DNA of 35,469 bases from a bacterium (GTDB lineage: Archaea; Thermoproteota; Nitrososphaeria; Nitrososphaerales; Nitrososphaeraceae). Both the position numbers and the translations under genes were made by a program. Shown here in pieces: positions 18,835-28,426 of this stretch; within the stretch, counting starts at the first letter, position 1; every line of letters starts with the position of its first letter. Location: positions 1-35,469 of the forward strand of contig JACMIO010000103.1 of assembly GCA_014381105.1 (NCBI GenBank). Direction: 5' to 3'. The notes below the pieces were generated by a model. It saw only the letters and a list, made by a program, of their open reading frames with translations. It had not been told where the DNA came from and made no database searches.

Positions 18835-19190
18835 TTTGTCAGGAACTATTACTTTTTTTTGAATATGATCTAGATACAACCGATATATTATAATTCGAGT
18901 TCTGAATTGGTGTATTTAACCTGTTACTTTGGACAGAACCATATTTTAACAAGATATACTTGACTTTTACCGGTCGGTATTAATTACAGGATATGTTCTT
19001 CTATTAGAGAAACTTGATATAGTATTCCCATTGATTTTCCATGATGATGATGCGATATGGGTAGGGATAGAGCAGATTAATTAAAAATCAAATATAATAA
19101 TATTACCTAAAAAGTATCGCAAAGCATTTAATATGAATTAGGTCGTATTTTCCAAAAGGATAAATCTAGTTAGAATAAGTTTGATAAATT

Positions 19191-20417
19191 ATGGCAACAG
19201 AGCAGCTGTTCATCAGCGTAGTTATCATTTTGGTGGCAACACGCTTACTTGGTGAGTTCTCTCAAAGACTCCGGTTGCCTCCGTTGGTAGGTGAATTGGC
19301 TGCAGGAATAATTATTGGCCCTTATGTTTTAAAAATAATAACTCCTGATCAGAGTCTGAATGTAATTTCGGACTTAGGAGTATTCTTCCTTATGTTACTA
19401 GCAGGCTTACAGATGGACCCCCGAGAAATAAGAAAGGCTGGATTGCGTGGGGGTATCTTGTCAGCAATAGCATTTTCACTGCCTTTCTTAGGTGGTTTTG
19501 GAATAGCCGCTCTTTTTGGACTCGGAATGCTTCAATCAATGTTCGTTGGATTATTATTGTCTATAACTGCTGTTCCAGTCTCCACAATTGTTCTAATGCA
19601 ATTCGGAATATTGGAGACTAAGGTAGGCAATACTGTAATTACTGCAGCTGTAATTAATGATATTTTCTCCCTTGTGGTATTATCAATTGTGTTACAACTT
19701 CACGGAGCCAATGGCGCACCGGTGAATATCACGGAGACGATGATAAATTCTGTAATTAAGATCTTGTTGTTCATAGGTGGAATATTTCTTATTGATATAT
19801 TATTTAGAAAAGCAAACGCTTGGTTTCAACGTAGAGGTACCTACTTTTTTGAAAAACTGCATACAAAGGAAGCTGCGTTTGGTATATTACTCATTTCTAC
19901 CATTCTCGTTTCTGTTGTAGCACAAGTAGTAATAGGTCTACATTTCATTATAGGAACTTTCTTTTCAGGGTTAATAGTCTACAAAGAAATAATCAGGAGA
20001 GAAAACTTTGAACGAGTCTATGGAATAATTTCTGCAATATCCTTTGGATTTTTTGCTCCCATATTTTTTGCTGTAATAGGAATAAATATCAACATGGATT
20101 CAATCGCAAACAACCTTCCATTTTTTATAGTTCTTGCAATAGTAGCAGTCGTTACTAAAGTAGGGGGAGGTTATATTGGTTCAAGGTTAATTAAATTCTC
20201 AAAGGACGAGAGTTTAGCCATAGCATTTCTCATGAATGGAAGAGGGATGGTGGAATTAGTAATAGCCTCACTAGGCTTTACTTCTGGTATTATTGATTCA
20301 ACTATATTCTCAATTACGGTAACAATTGGGTGGGCAACAACAATTTTGGCACCAATACTTTCAAGACCCTACGTCATGAAAATTAAATCTCAAACAACAG
20401 ATAAACCTAATCAGTAA
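19191..20417 (+). CDS. Cation:proton antiporter, CPA2 (NapA/KefB-like)
   Basis: VGELAAGIIIGP, LSITAV, AAVINDI, FAPIFF, MNGRGMVELV; 12-13 TMs. Confidence 0.92.
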   Translation: MATEQLFISVVIILVATRLLGEFSQRLRLPPLVGELAAGIIIGPYVLKIITPDQSLNVISDLGVFFLMLLAGLQMDPREIRKAGLRGGILSAIAFSLPFLGGFGIAALFGLGMLQSMFVGLLLSITAVPVSTIVLMQFGILETKVGNTVITAAVINDIFSLVVLSIVLQLHGANGAPVNITETMINSVIKILLFIGGIFLIDILFRKANAWFQRRGTYFFEKLHTKEAAFGILLISTILVSVVAQVVIGLHFIIGTFFSGLIVYKEIIRRENFERVYGIISAISFGFFAPIFFAVIGININMDSIANNLPFFIVLAIVAVVTKVGGGYIGSRLIKFSKDESLAIAFLMNGRGMVELVIASLGFTSGIIDSTIFSITVTIGWATTILAPILSRPYVMKIKSQTTDKPNQ

Positions 20418-20426
20418 CTATTCACG

Positions 20427-21233
20427 TTACTGGCTACTACTTTCCTCTGACAATCCTATCCACCCATATCCTTTGACCTCTAATTCTTCAGATAACTCTT
20501 TACCTCCAGATTTGATAATTTGTCCTTTTGCCATAACATGCACTTTGTCAAGTCTTGACAAATACCTAAGAATCCTTGCATAATGTGTGATAATCAATAT
20601 TCCGGCTCCTGTTGATATTAGGATGTTTATAGCCTCTCCAACCGCTTTGATTGCATCTATATCCAATCCAGAATCTGGTTCGTCAAGAATGGCAATAATT
20701 GGTTTGAGTACGAGCATCTGCATAACCTCGGATCTTTTTTTCTCTCCTCCAGAAAAACCCTCATTCAGATATCTGCTCAAAAACGTTTTCTGGAGACCAA
20801 CGTTGTCTAGATTCTTTTTGAGATACTCATGAAATTCCTTTACTGTTAAAAATACTTCTCTATCTTTCTGTTTTCCACTCAGACTTTTGTTTAAAATATT
20901 GTAAGCGTTCCTCAAAAAATGACTATAACCAACCCCTGGAATCTCTGTAGGGTACTGAAAACCTAAGAATAGGCCCCTCTTTGCTCTTTCCTCCGTTGAC
21001 AAATCAAGTATGTTTTCGCCGTCTACGATGATTTTTCCTGATGTAACGGTATATTTTGGATGACCCATTATCACATTGGCCAGAGTGCTTTTCCCTGAGC
21101 CGTTTGGGCCCATTATCGCATGAACATGACCTCTATCCATCTCGAAACAAAGGCCATTAAGTATTTGTTTACCACTAATGTTTGCAGACAGGTTTTGTAT
21201 CTCTAAAAAGGCCACAAATTCTCTGGTTTTCAA
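20427..21233 (-). CDS. sufC: Fe-S cluster assembly ATPase SufC
   Basis: MGPNGSGKSTL..IMGHP, FQYPTEIPGV, LNEGFSGGEKKR, LDEPDSGLDID, ITHY. Confidence 0.95.
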   Translation of the reverse strand: MKTREFVAFLEIQNLSANISGKQILNGLCFEMDRGHVHAIMGPNGSGKSTLANVIMGHPKYTVTSGKIIVDGENILDLSTEERAKRGLFLGFQYPTEIPGVGYSHFLRNAYNILNKSLSGKQKDREVFLTVKEFHEYLKKNLDNVGLQKTFLSRYLNEGFSGGEKKRSEVMQMLVLKPIIAILDEPDSGLDIDAIKAVGEAINILISTGAGILIITHYARILRYLSRLDKVHVMAKGQIIKSGGKELSEELEVKGYGWIGLSEESSSQ

Positions 21234-21299
21234 ACATAATATAAATATTGAGTTACTTTATTCAAAATTTAAATTATTGATGTCGTATTCTATACCAAT

Positions 21300-21830
21300 T
21301 TGTCGAGAGGCATATTCATAGGCAGGTTTCAACCATTTCATATAGGTCATATTGCAGCGATCAAATTTGCCTTCAAAAATGTTGATGAATTAGCAATTGT
21401 TGTAGGTAGCGCTCAGGCAAGTTACGAGTCACAAAATCCATTTACTGCCGGCGAGAGAATATATATGATAAAGGACTCCCTGAATGCAGATAATGCGATA
21501 GATTGCAAAAAAACTTTCATAATTCCTGTTCCTGATACAAATATTCATTCAACGTGGACTCATTCTGTCGATATGTTGGTTCCAAAATATGACGTTGTGT
21601 TTACTAATAATGCATTTACAGGTTACCTCTTCACCCAAAGAAATATTGCTGTTACTGAACCAAAATTACTAAATCGAAGTGAACTTTCAGGAACCGAAAT
21701 TAGAAGGAGAATGATGAAAAATATTAAATGGACTCACCTTGTTACCAAACAAACCCAAAGAGTAATCCAAGAAATTGGTGGAGTTGAACGTTTGAAAAAA
21801 ATACCCAATTTATCACATCATAAGGACTAA
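21300..21830 (+). CDS. nadM: Nicotinamide-nucleotide adenylyltransferase
   Basis: GRFQPFHIGH, GSAQ, NPFTAGER, SGTEIRRRM. Confidence 0.93.
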   Translation: MSRGIFIGRFQPFHIGHIAAIKFAFKNVDELAIVVGSAQASYESQNPFTAGERIYMIKDSLNADNAIDCKKTFIIPVPDTNIHSTWTHSVDMLVPKYDVVFTNNAFTGYLFTQRNIAVTEPKLLNRSELSGTEIRRRMMKNIKWTHLVTKQTQRVIQEIGGVERLKKIPNLSHHKD

Positions 21831-21848
21831 GTCTCAAATTTGAGCGAA

Positions 21849-21870
21849 TTATTCATGAATAACTTATTCA
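21849..21870. promoter_or_regulatory. Overlapping palindromes, possible operator
   Basis: TTATTCA-TGAATAA-C-TTATTCA: one heptamer three times in alternating orientation, about 60 bp upstream of the PUA gene. Confidence 0.35.
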
Positions 21871-21928
21871 AATTTAAAAACCTCAATCATGGATATTGAT
21901 AAATATTTCAAAAACGACACCAAAATAA

Positions 21929-22411
21929 TTGAAAGTCCATTCACTGTCAAAGCGAGAGATACATGACATCTCGGATCAGATTGGCAGATCTTGGCCAACA
22001 AATTCAATACTCCCCATCAAGAGTCTCCAGGCTTACGTATTAGATGAAAATAAGCGACTCCTTGTGGGAAATAATATAGTTGCCATACAATTGGCACCTG
22101 ATCTCGTGATTCCTCATTTGACGCAGCATGAAATTTTGAATCATTTTGCATCGGTTCAGGTTGACATGAATGCAATCAAGTTTGTTTGCAATGGTGCTAA
22201 TATCATGAGGCCGGGCATCACTGATTTTTCTGCATTCAAGGAATCAGAAATAGTACTGGTAAAAGATCAAACTCATAAAAAAGAACTCGCGGTATGCATT
22301 TCCATTGTGGATGATGAGAATGGAAGAAAAATGGAAAAAGGGGTTGTATTAAACAACATACACCATATTGGGGATGAGTATTGGGAAATGAAAAAAACTA
22401 TCAGGACATGA
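21929..22411 (+). CDS. PUA-domain RNA-binding protein (Tma20/MCT-1-like)
   Basis: VDMNAIKFVCNGANIMRPGI, KGVVLNNIHHIGDEYW. Confidence 0.9.
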   Translation: MKVHSLSKREIHDISDQIGRSWPTNSILPIKSLQAYVLDENKRLLVGNNIVAIQLAPDLVIPHLTQHEILNHFASVQVDMNAIKFVCNGANIMRPGITDFSAFKESEIVLVKDQTHKKELAVCISIVDDENGRKMEKGVVLNNIHHIGDEYWEMKKTIRT

Positions 22412-22437
22412 TTAAGTTGACGATTTTAGAAAATTGG

Positions 22438-22463
22438 TGATTTTGAAAATATTTTCAAAATCA
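22438..22463. repeat. 26-bp perfect palindrome between convergent genes (possible bidirectional terminator or binding site)
   Basis: TGATTTTGAAAATATTTTCAAAATCA; overlaps the psmB stop codon. Confidence 0.7.
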
Positions 22464-23057
22464 TAGACCAAGTGATTCTTCTTCTATCCCCTTTTTAGTT
22501 ATCGTCAAGACATCTATACCATCGCCGCTTGCAGAGTCTCTTTGTATTGACGACTTTACTGCCTTAATAGCAAGTTTCTTGGATGTATCCTCCGACATGT
22601 TTTTCTTGTACTCAGCATCCATTATTCCCAACGCCATTTCTGCTCCAGTGCCTACTGCTGCATAGTTATCGGGAAGGAGTGAGCCCAAAGGATCCAATGT
22701 ATAAATTTCAGGTGTAGTTTGCACTCCTCCAACAATTACCTGGGTCAGTAAAGGAAAGTATCTTCTTTCGAACATAATAACTGACATCAACTTCGCGACA
22801 GAATTTGTAGCCATATCTCTTCTAGTTTCCAATTTTCTAATTTTTGCAAGAGCTTCAACTTGTCTTGTCAGAACTTGCATGTCAGCTACCATACCTGCGC
22901 ATGCACTGGCAACTTGATCAGTTATCGTGAATATTTTCTTCGTATTCTTATTTACCACAAAGTTTCCATAGGAAATACGTTTTTCAGCAGCAAGAACAAT
23001 ACCGTCTTGATAAGTTATACCTACCGCGGTAGCACCTGGCATAAATTGAAACGCCAT
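22461..23057 (-). CDS. psmB: Proteasome beta subunit, probably non-catalytic paralog
   Basis: GATAVGI..DGIVLAAEKR, AGMVADMQ, LDPLGS, GTGA, RDSASGDG; Ala at the Thr1 position. Confidence 0.92.
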   Translation of the reverse strand: MAFQFMPGATAVGITYQDGIVLAAEKRISYGNFVVNKNTKKIFTITDQVASACAGMVADMQVLTRQVEALAKIRKLETRRDMATNSVAKLMSVIMFERRYFPLLTQVIVGGVQTTPEIYTLDPLGSLLPDNYAAVGTGAEMALGIMDAEYKKNMSEDTSKKLAIKAVKSSIQRDSASGDGIDVLTITKKGIEEESLGL

Positions 23058-23139
23058 ATGATTGGTTAGTAGTGAATGTAGTTAGATTTAGTCGTTTCGT
23101 CTGTTCTCAGATAACCTAAGCAGAGTTAGTTATGACAGC

Positions 23140-24759
23140 TCAGGGTACTTTAGTCAAAAATGTATCGTGAATCCTTATTGCTTCTGAAACCAACCTATTT
23201 TGCAATTCCAATGCTTCCTTCCCTTCTGGATGCCTAGTCTCTGCTACAGCTTGTGCTACAATATTCATGATGTGCCGCAAAAGGAACTCATCTCCTCTTA
23301 ATGATTCAGCTTTGTATGTTGGATTTGCCTTGTTTACAAATACTACATTCTCGTTTATGAAGCTATATCTTGAATCGGTTTCATCTTCGTAGGGAATGAT
23401 CTTGTACCCGACTTTTTTCAATGCAAAAGTTTTCTTCATTAATGGCTTTCTTACCTGAGTTGCAACTGTTACATTTTCGTAGTTTTCCATGTCTGGGCTT
23501 TGCCCACTGTATAGATAATTGGGTAGAGTATTATCTACGTCACCTAATGTCTGCTTATTCTTTCCTTTTTCAGTTATTGTACCTCGTGTTCCTTTGTTTT
23601 CATTCTTGGTAAAGTCTTTGTATTCATCGTCTATTGATTTGTCAAACAAATTATCTTCCGCGGGAATGGATGATGCCTTTCCAGTAGGTTTTGATACTAT
23701 TTTTTTTGTTTCAACTGTTTCGTATCCTTCTATTTCTTCCGAGGGTTCTAAAATTTCAAATACGGCTTGACCAAGTACTTTATCAATCTGTCTGTAAATT
23801 TTTGATTCTTCTCGAGTTACAAGAACATCTTCATAAAGTGTAAGACTTGGGATGACCGTATCGACTATGAACTTTTTCATCAGTCCTGAAAATTTCTCAA
23901 ATTCCTTATCTTCTATTATTGCAGATTTATCTGCAAATCTAGATGTTAGTGTATCGCATCTTACAAATCCAGTCACTCTAGGTATTTTGGAGTCAAATCC
24001 AAACAAGGTCCTCATTACTATATGTCCTCCTACCATGACTGCAATTCCTCTCTCATCTTCAGTTAGCGGTCGGCGAGCTACAGTAATTTCACCAACTATG
24101 CATCCCTTGTCAAGGTTCAGGGGTATTCTATGACCCTGTATGTCGGGAACTCTTATCAACTGAGCATCAGTAGAGCTCCATTCTTTGAATCTTGATGATC
24201 TCTTGATATACACCTCAAAAAGTGGATGCCTGAGCACTGCCAATTTTCTAATTTCCTTTACTAGTCTTAACTCATCAACATATGATTTGGCATCACTTAC
24301 GATTATCTCAGTTCCATCCCTTGACAAGCGCGCTTCCCTGATTTCGCGTAAGTTGGATTTACCTCTAAATAGATCATCTAATGATTTTGTATCAATTAGA
24401 AATGATTTATGATAGTTACCCTTTCGGGTTCTAATTTTCATTTTTTCATATGATGTCAGAAAAGATAGTCTTCCTGTTCCGTATCTTCCTGTTCTAATCC
24501 TCTTTAACTTGGGCGAAACAGAATCGACTTTCTTATGTGGTGAACCAAGAAGCAAGAATTTCTGAATCTCGCTTTCATCCATTCCCGCATTATCTTCAAT
24601 TGAAATGGAGTTATCAGAAAGGATGGTTATTAGAACTCTTGTTGCGTCCTCATCGAAGGCGTTTTCAACCAATTCCTTTACAACGTCCGCCGGAGAAACC
24701 CATGTCTTTGTAGCAAATTCCTTAAAGAAAGATGGATGCACCTTTAGAGCGATTGCCAT
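23140..24759 (-). CDS. GHKL ATPase (MORC/Hsp90-like HATPase) of unknown function
   Basis: KELVENAFDE (motif I), EDNAGM (II), TGRYGTGRLS (III), DGTEI (IV); probable S5-like region, charged linker, C-terminal domain. Confidence 0.85.
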   Translation of the reverse strand: MAIALKVHPSFFKEFATKTWVSPADVVKELVENAFDEDATRVLITILSDNSISIEDNAGMDESEIQKFLLLGSPHKKVDSVSPKLKRIRTGRYGTGRLSFLTSYEKMKIRTRKGNYHKSFLIDTKSLDDLFRGKSNLREIREARLSRDGTEIIVSDAKSYVDELRLVKEIRKLAVLRHPLFEVYIKRSSRFKEWSSTDAQLIRVPDIQGHRIPLNLDKGCIVGEITVARRPLTEDERGIAVMVGGHIVMRTLFGFDSKIPRVTGFVRCDTLTSRFADKSAIIEDKEFEKFSGLMKKFIVDTVIPSLTLYEDVLVTREESKIYRQIDKVLGQAVFEILEPSEEIEGYETVETKKIVSKPTGKASSIPAEDNLFDKSIDDEYKDFTKNENKGTRGTITEKGKNKQTLGDVDNTLPNYLYSGQSPDMENYENVTVATQVRKPLMKKTFALKKVGYKIIPYEDETDSRYSFINENVVFVNKANPTYKAESLRGDEFLLRHIMNIVAQAVAETRHPEGKEALELQNRLVSEAIRIHDTFLTKVP

Positions 24760-24906
24760 GGTAACTATGTCTCAATCTCTCACCTTTATCTATTACTAGT
24801 TTGTATTTTTATCAATCTCAAAATATTCTTTTTTGAACAATAACGAATAATTGAAACAAACTTGGTAAATTACTTGACACCAAAATTTGAGGATGTTGTT
24901 ACTATG

Positions 24907-25077
24907 CTAAAAATTAAGCAGACTAATTCCGGTTGGCGAAAATTCAGTAACGCCAAGTAGTAGATGAGGTGCAGAACCACTGGGTGTCGTTGTTAACCAA
25001 ATCATAACAGCGGGTACTGCTGCACATGCGATTATTGTCAACAAAATAAGCCACACTGCAGTCATTTTTTCAGCCAT
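24907..25077 (-). CDS. Small single-TM protein (56 aa)
   Basis: Not in ORF track. MAEKMTAVWLILLTIIACAAVPAVMIWLTTTPSGSAPHLLLGVTEFSPTGISLLNF; TTTATATA box about 25 nt upstream; higher GC than flanking intergenic DNA. Confidence 0.68.
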   Translation of the reverse strand: MAEKMTAVWLILLTIIACAAVPAVMIWLTTTPSGSAPHLLLGVTEFSPTGISLLNF

Positions 25078-25099
25078 AGCATACGGATTTAATAGAAGA

Positions 25100-25107
25100 T
25101 ATATAAA
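25100..25107 (-). promoter_or_regulatory. TATA box (leaderless-type spacing) for the 56-aa gene
   Basis: TTTATATA on the minus strand, 23-30 nt upstream of ATG 25077. Confidence 0.55.
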
Positions 25108-25170
25108 TTTTCAAATTTGGTAACTTGTATAAGAATATAAGTCGCCACATAGGCTTCAAATTCTTGCTGA

Positions 25171-26283
25171 ATGAAGTTACTAGAATATCAGGGTAAGGAA
25201 TTATTTACAGAACATGATATTGCCGTTCCAAAGTCATATCTTGCTAGAAACCAATCTGAATTGAACCAAATTGCAGACAAGCTGCAATTCCCTGTTGTAC
25301 TTAAATCTCAATTGACCGTTGGTGGTAGGGGAAAGGCTGGCGCAATATTGAAATGCATGAAATTGGAAGATTTGGTCCCGAAATTTACGGAATTGTTGAA
25401 TAAAGAGGTTAAAGGAGAGCTACCAAAAGTGATCTTAATTGAAGAAGCTGTAAACATAGACAAAGAGCTTTATCTTTCTTTGTTCCTAAACAGAGGAAAA
25501 AGGAGTTATTCATTAATTTCTTCTGCTCAGGGAGGAATGGATATTGAAAGTGTGCAGAACAAGGTAATTCAGGACATTTCAATTACTGGATTGACGCAAT
25601 CAGACGCAGAAAACATTGCCAAAAAATTAAATCTTGACGGTGTAACTGCAAAGTCATTTTCAAATATTGTAATAAAGTTAGCTAAACTCGTTAGAGAAAA
25701 GGAAGCGGAGTTGGCAGAGATCAATCCCTTGGCCATATTAAAAGATGGAACTTGTTTGGCACTTGACTCAAAAATCATTATAGATGATAACTCATTGTTC
25801 AGACATCCTGAGTTAAGAAAATATGTCCAAATTTCTGAGTTGCAAGAGCAAGCCGAAAAGAGTGGATTTTCATTTGTTGAGCTAGATGGAAACATAGCAA
25901 TAATAGGTAATGGCGCTGGTCTTGTTATGTCCACATTGGACATTGTAACTGATGCGGGTGGTAAGCCTGGAGCCTTTTTGGATTTTGGTGGAAGAGCTAC
26001 TACTGAAACAATTTACAAGGCATTAGAAGTAATTAGTAAAATGTCAAAAATAAAGGCCATTTTAGTAAATTTGTTTGGCGGTATTGTCAGAACAGACCTG
26101 GTGGCTCAGGCTATACTTAATGCATATCAAGACGGTATGATCAGTGTTCCAATTTATGCAAGAATCTCGGGAGCAGAATCTGAAAAGTCAAAAAAAATGC
26201 TTTCTAACAGCAATGCAAAGCTATATGATACAGTAGAGGAAGCAATTTCATCACTAGTCCACTATAAAGAGTTGAGCAAATAA
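25171..26283 (+). CDS. sucC: Succinyl-CoA synthetase beta subunit
   Basis: MKLLEYQGKELF, GGRGKAG, GGMDIE, AEINPL, GNGAGLVMSTLD, FLDFGG, NLFGGIVR. Confidence 0.95.
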   Translation: MKLLEYQGKELFTEHDIAVPKSYLARNQSELNQIADKLQFPVVLKSQLTVGGRGKAGAILKCMKLEDLVPKFTELLNKEVKGELPKVILIEEAVNIDKELYLSLFLNRGKRSYSLISSAQGGMDIESVQNKVIQDISITGLTQSDAENIAKKLNLDGVTAKSFSNIVIKLAKLVREKEAELAEINPLAILKDGTCLALDSKIIIDDNSLFRHPELRKYVQISELQEQAEKSGFSFVELDGNIAIIGNGAGLVMSTLDIVTDAGGKPGAFLDFGGRATTETIYKALEVISKMSKIKAILVNLFGGIVRTDLVAQAILNAYQDGMISVPIYARISGAESEKSKKMLSNSNAKLYDTVEEAISSLVHYKELSK

Positions 26284-27198
26284 ATGTCCAAGAAATTTGA
26301 TATTTTTGATATCCTTGTAGGTAAACCTAGTGATACTGACTATGGTAATAAACCAGTCATAATTCAGGGAATCACTGGAAATTTTGGTTCTGTTCATACA
26401 AGGTTGATGAGGGAATATGGTACCAATATCGTTGCAGGAGTAACACCTAACAAGGGAGGACAGACATTTGAAGGAATTCCTGTTTTCGACTCCGTAAAGG
26501 ACGCTAATAAGGACTTTGGCGCAAAGATATCTGGAATATTTGTTCCAGCTCCATTCTTCCTTTCTGCAGTAAAGGACGCGGTTAATAACGGAATAAAATT
26601 ACTTGTTGCTATTCCAGAACATGTTCCAGTACGTGATGCAATGGAAGCCCTAGAGTACGCACAGACTAGTGGTGCTAGGATAATAGGTCCTAATACTCCA
26701 GGTGTTATTGTACCATCCGTAAATAAGATAGGGATTATGCCGTCTCAACCATTTACGAAGGGAAGTACAGCAGTCTTTTCTAGGAGCGGGACCTTGATGT
26801 ATGAAGTTTCATATCATCTGTCAAGGGAAGGAATAGGTCAACAAATCGCATTGGGTATAGGTGGAGATCCAATTAACGGCACAAACTTGATAGAAGCATT
26901 TGAGCTAATAAGCGATCGGGATGAAGTTGAATCAGTAGTGGTAGTTGGTGAAATAGGAGGAGATGCAGAGGAATCACTAGTCCAGTACATCGAAAAAACA
27001 GGTTTCAGTAAACCAGTTGTCGCGTACGTAGCAGGACGTTCAGCACCAAAGGAAAAAAGAATGGGACATGCAGGCGCAATAGTTTATGGAAATTATGGCT
27101 CTGCAGAATCTAAGATTTCTAGTTACTCTAAGGTCAATATTCCAGTGGCCAAAAGACCTGCCGAAGTACCAAGCATTCTACTAAAGCTGATGAAGTGA
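26284..27198 (+). CDS. sucD: Succinyl-CoA synthetase alpha subunit
   Basis: QGITG, YGTNIVAGVTP, IGPNTPG, SRSGTL, GIGGDP, GEIGG, MGHAGA (phospho-His); abuts sucC. Confidence 0.95.
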   Translation: MSKKFDIFDILVGKPSDTDYGNKPVIIQGITGNFGSVHTRLMREYGTNIVAGVTPNKGGQTFEGIPVFDSVKDANKDFGAKISGIFVPAPFFLSAVKDAVNNGIKLLVAIPEHVPVRDAMEALEYAQTSGARIIGPNTPGVIVPSVNKIGIMPSQPFTKGSTAVFSRSGTLMYEVSYHLSREGIGQQIALGIGGDPINGTNLIEAFELISDRDEVESVVVVGEIGGDAEESLVQYIEKTGFSKPVVAYVAGRSAPKEKRMGHAGAIVYGNYGSAESKISSYSKVNIPVAKRPAEVPSILLKLMK

Positions 27199-27433
27199 AC
27201 AAATGTTAAATCTACGGCATAAATTTACATACTTATTTTCCTATTTTTGGTAAAGCGATAGCAATGAAAATAACAATATTGATATTTCATCTCATAAATC
27301 ATAAATGAATAATAATGGTAAATGGTACATTCCCCTTCAGATTAAATTGAAATTTTCAGAGTTCAATATCATCATTGTTCCAACAATACCAAGATCTAAT
27401 AATTTAAGCTTGAAAATCCAAGGTGAGATTTGA

Positions 27434-28258
27434 ATGGTACAAAACTACTTGGTTCAAGAATTGCTGAAACTTAAAAATGAATATCTTGAAAAAATTCATT
27501 CATACAATCATATTAGAGAGTTTTTACCAGCCACGAGTAATCAAAGTCTTTTTGACAAATCACATTTAGAAAAACTACATACCTTCTTTAAGCTTAATAA
27601 AATCTATTACAAAGAGGAGAGTTTGGTCCTCGGAAATATTCCATGCATATCATATGAAGGTGATATCAATCAATTTTGGCTAAGTTCGAAAAAGTATGAT
27701 ACAAATTATCAACCATTCCTTCCAACATGGGTACTCTCTGCATTGGTAATGGTCCAAGAGGCAAAAGATTTGGGATTCGAAAATATAATTGATATCGGGT
27801 CGGGTGATGGGAGGTTACTGTATTGTGGCAGTATAATCGGTCTTAATTCCATCGGGGTAGAGATAGATAAAGACTTATGCGACCTCCAAACTAAGATATC
27901 TGATGATAGTAACGTTAAATTTCGGGTAATTAATGGCGATTCGAATTCGATAGATTACTCACAATTGGCACTAGAGAATACTATGCTCTTCGTTTCGGCT
28001 TTGCCTGAATCTGGTGAAATGATATCATATGGAATAACAAATCAATTCAAAAAATATATGGATAAACTGCATAATGTGGGTATTACATTAATGGGAAGCC
28101 AAACGTATAGGAAGTACTCACGGGATAAGTCTATGTGGGGCTGGGGAAAATTCATAGATGATTGTGAGTTAAAACTAGTCGAATGTTTGAGTCTGCCAAC
28201 CTCATGGACGCTTGATGAAAAGAAAGAAACTCCATATTTATTCACGCTTTTCAAATAA
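27434..28258 (+). CDS. Class I SAM-dependent methyltransferase-fold protein
   Basis: IIDIGSGDGR motif I, GVEID motif II, INGDS; substrate unknown. Confidence 0.75.
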   Translation: MVQNYLVQELLKLKNEYLEKIHSYNHIREFLPATSNQSLFDKSHLEKLHTFFKLNKIYYKEESLVLGNIPCISYEGDINQFWLSSKKYDTNYQPFLPTWVLSALVMVQEAKDLGFENIIDIGSGDGRLLYCGSIIGLNSIGVEIDKDLCDLQTKISDDSNVKFRVINGDSNSIDYSQLALENTMLFVSALPESGEMISYGITNQFKKYMDKLHNVGITLMGSQTYRKYSRDKSMWGWGKFIDDCELKLVECLSLPTSWTLDEKKETPYLFTLFK

Positions 28259-28426
28259 CGATACCGATTCTCAGCAAGCATTTTGAGCCCAAATAAATCA
28301 CAACAGGAACCTCTTTATTGCATTTTAACAAACTTCAGATTTACCATCTAACTGTACCTTGTTTTCTGTTGTGCTCATAGTTTGATTTTTGAATGATATT
28401 GCTTTCTTGAGATGCAATAACTTATT

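Noticed and set aside
19041-19080. ATGATGATGATG as a box C of a C/D sRNA
   Set aside because: No CTGA box D at a suitable distance; probably a trinucleotide microrepeat.
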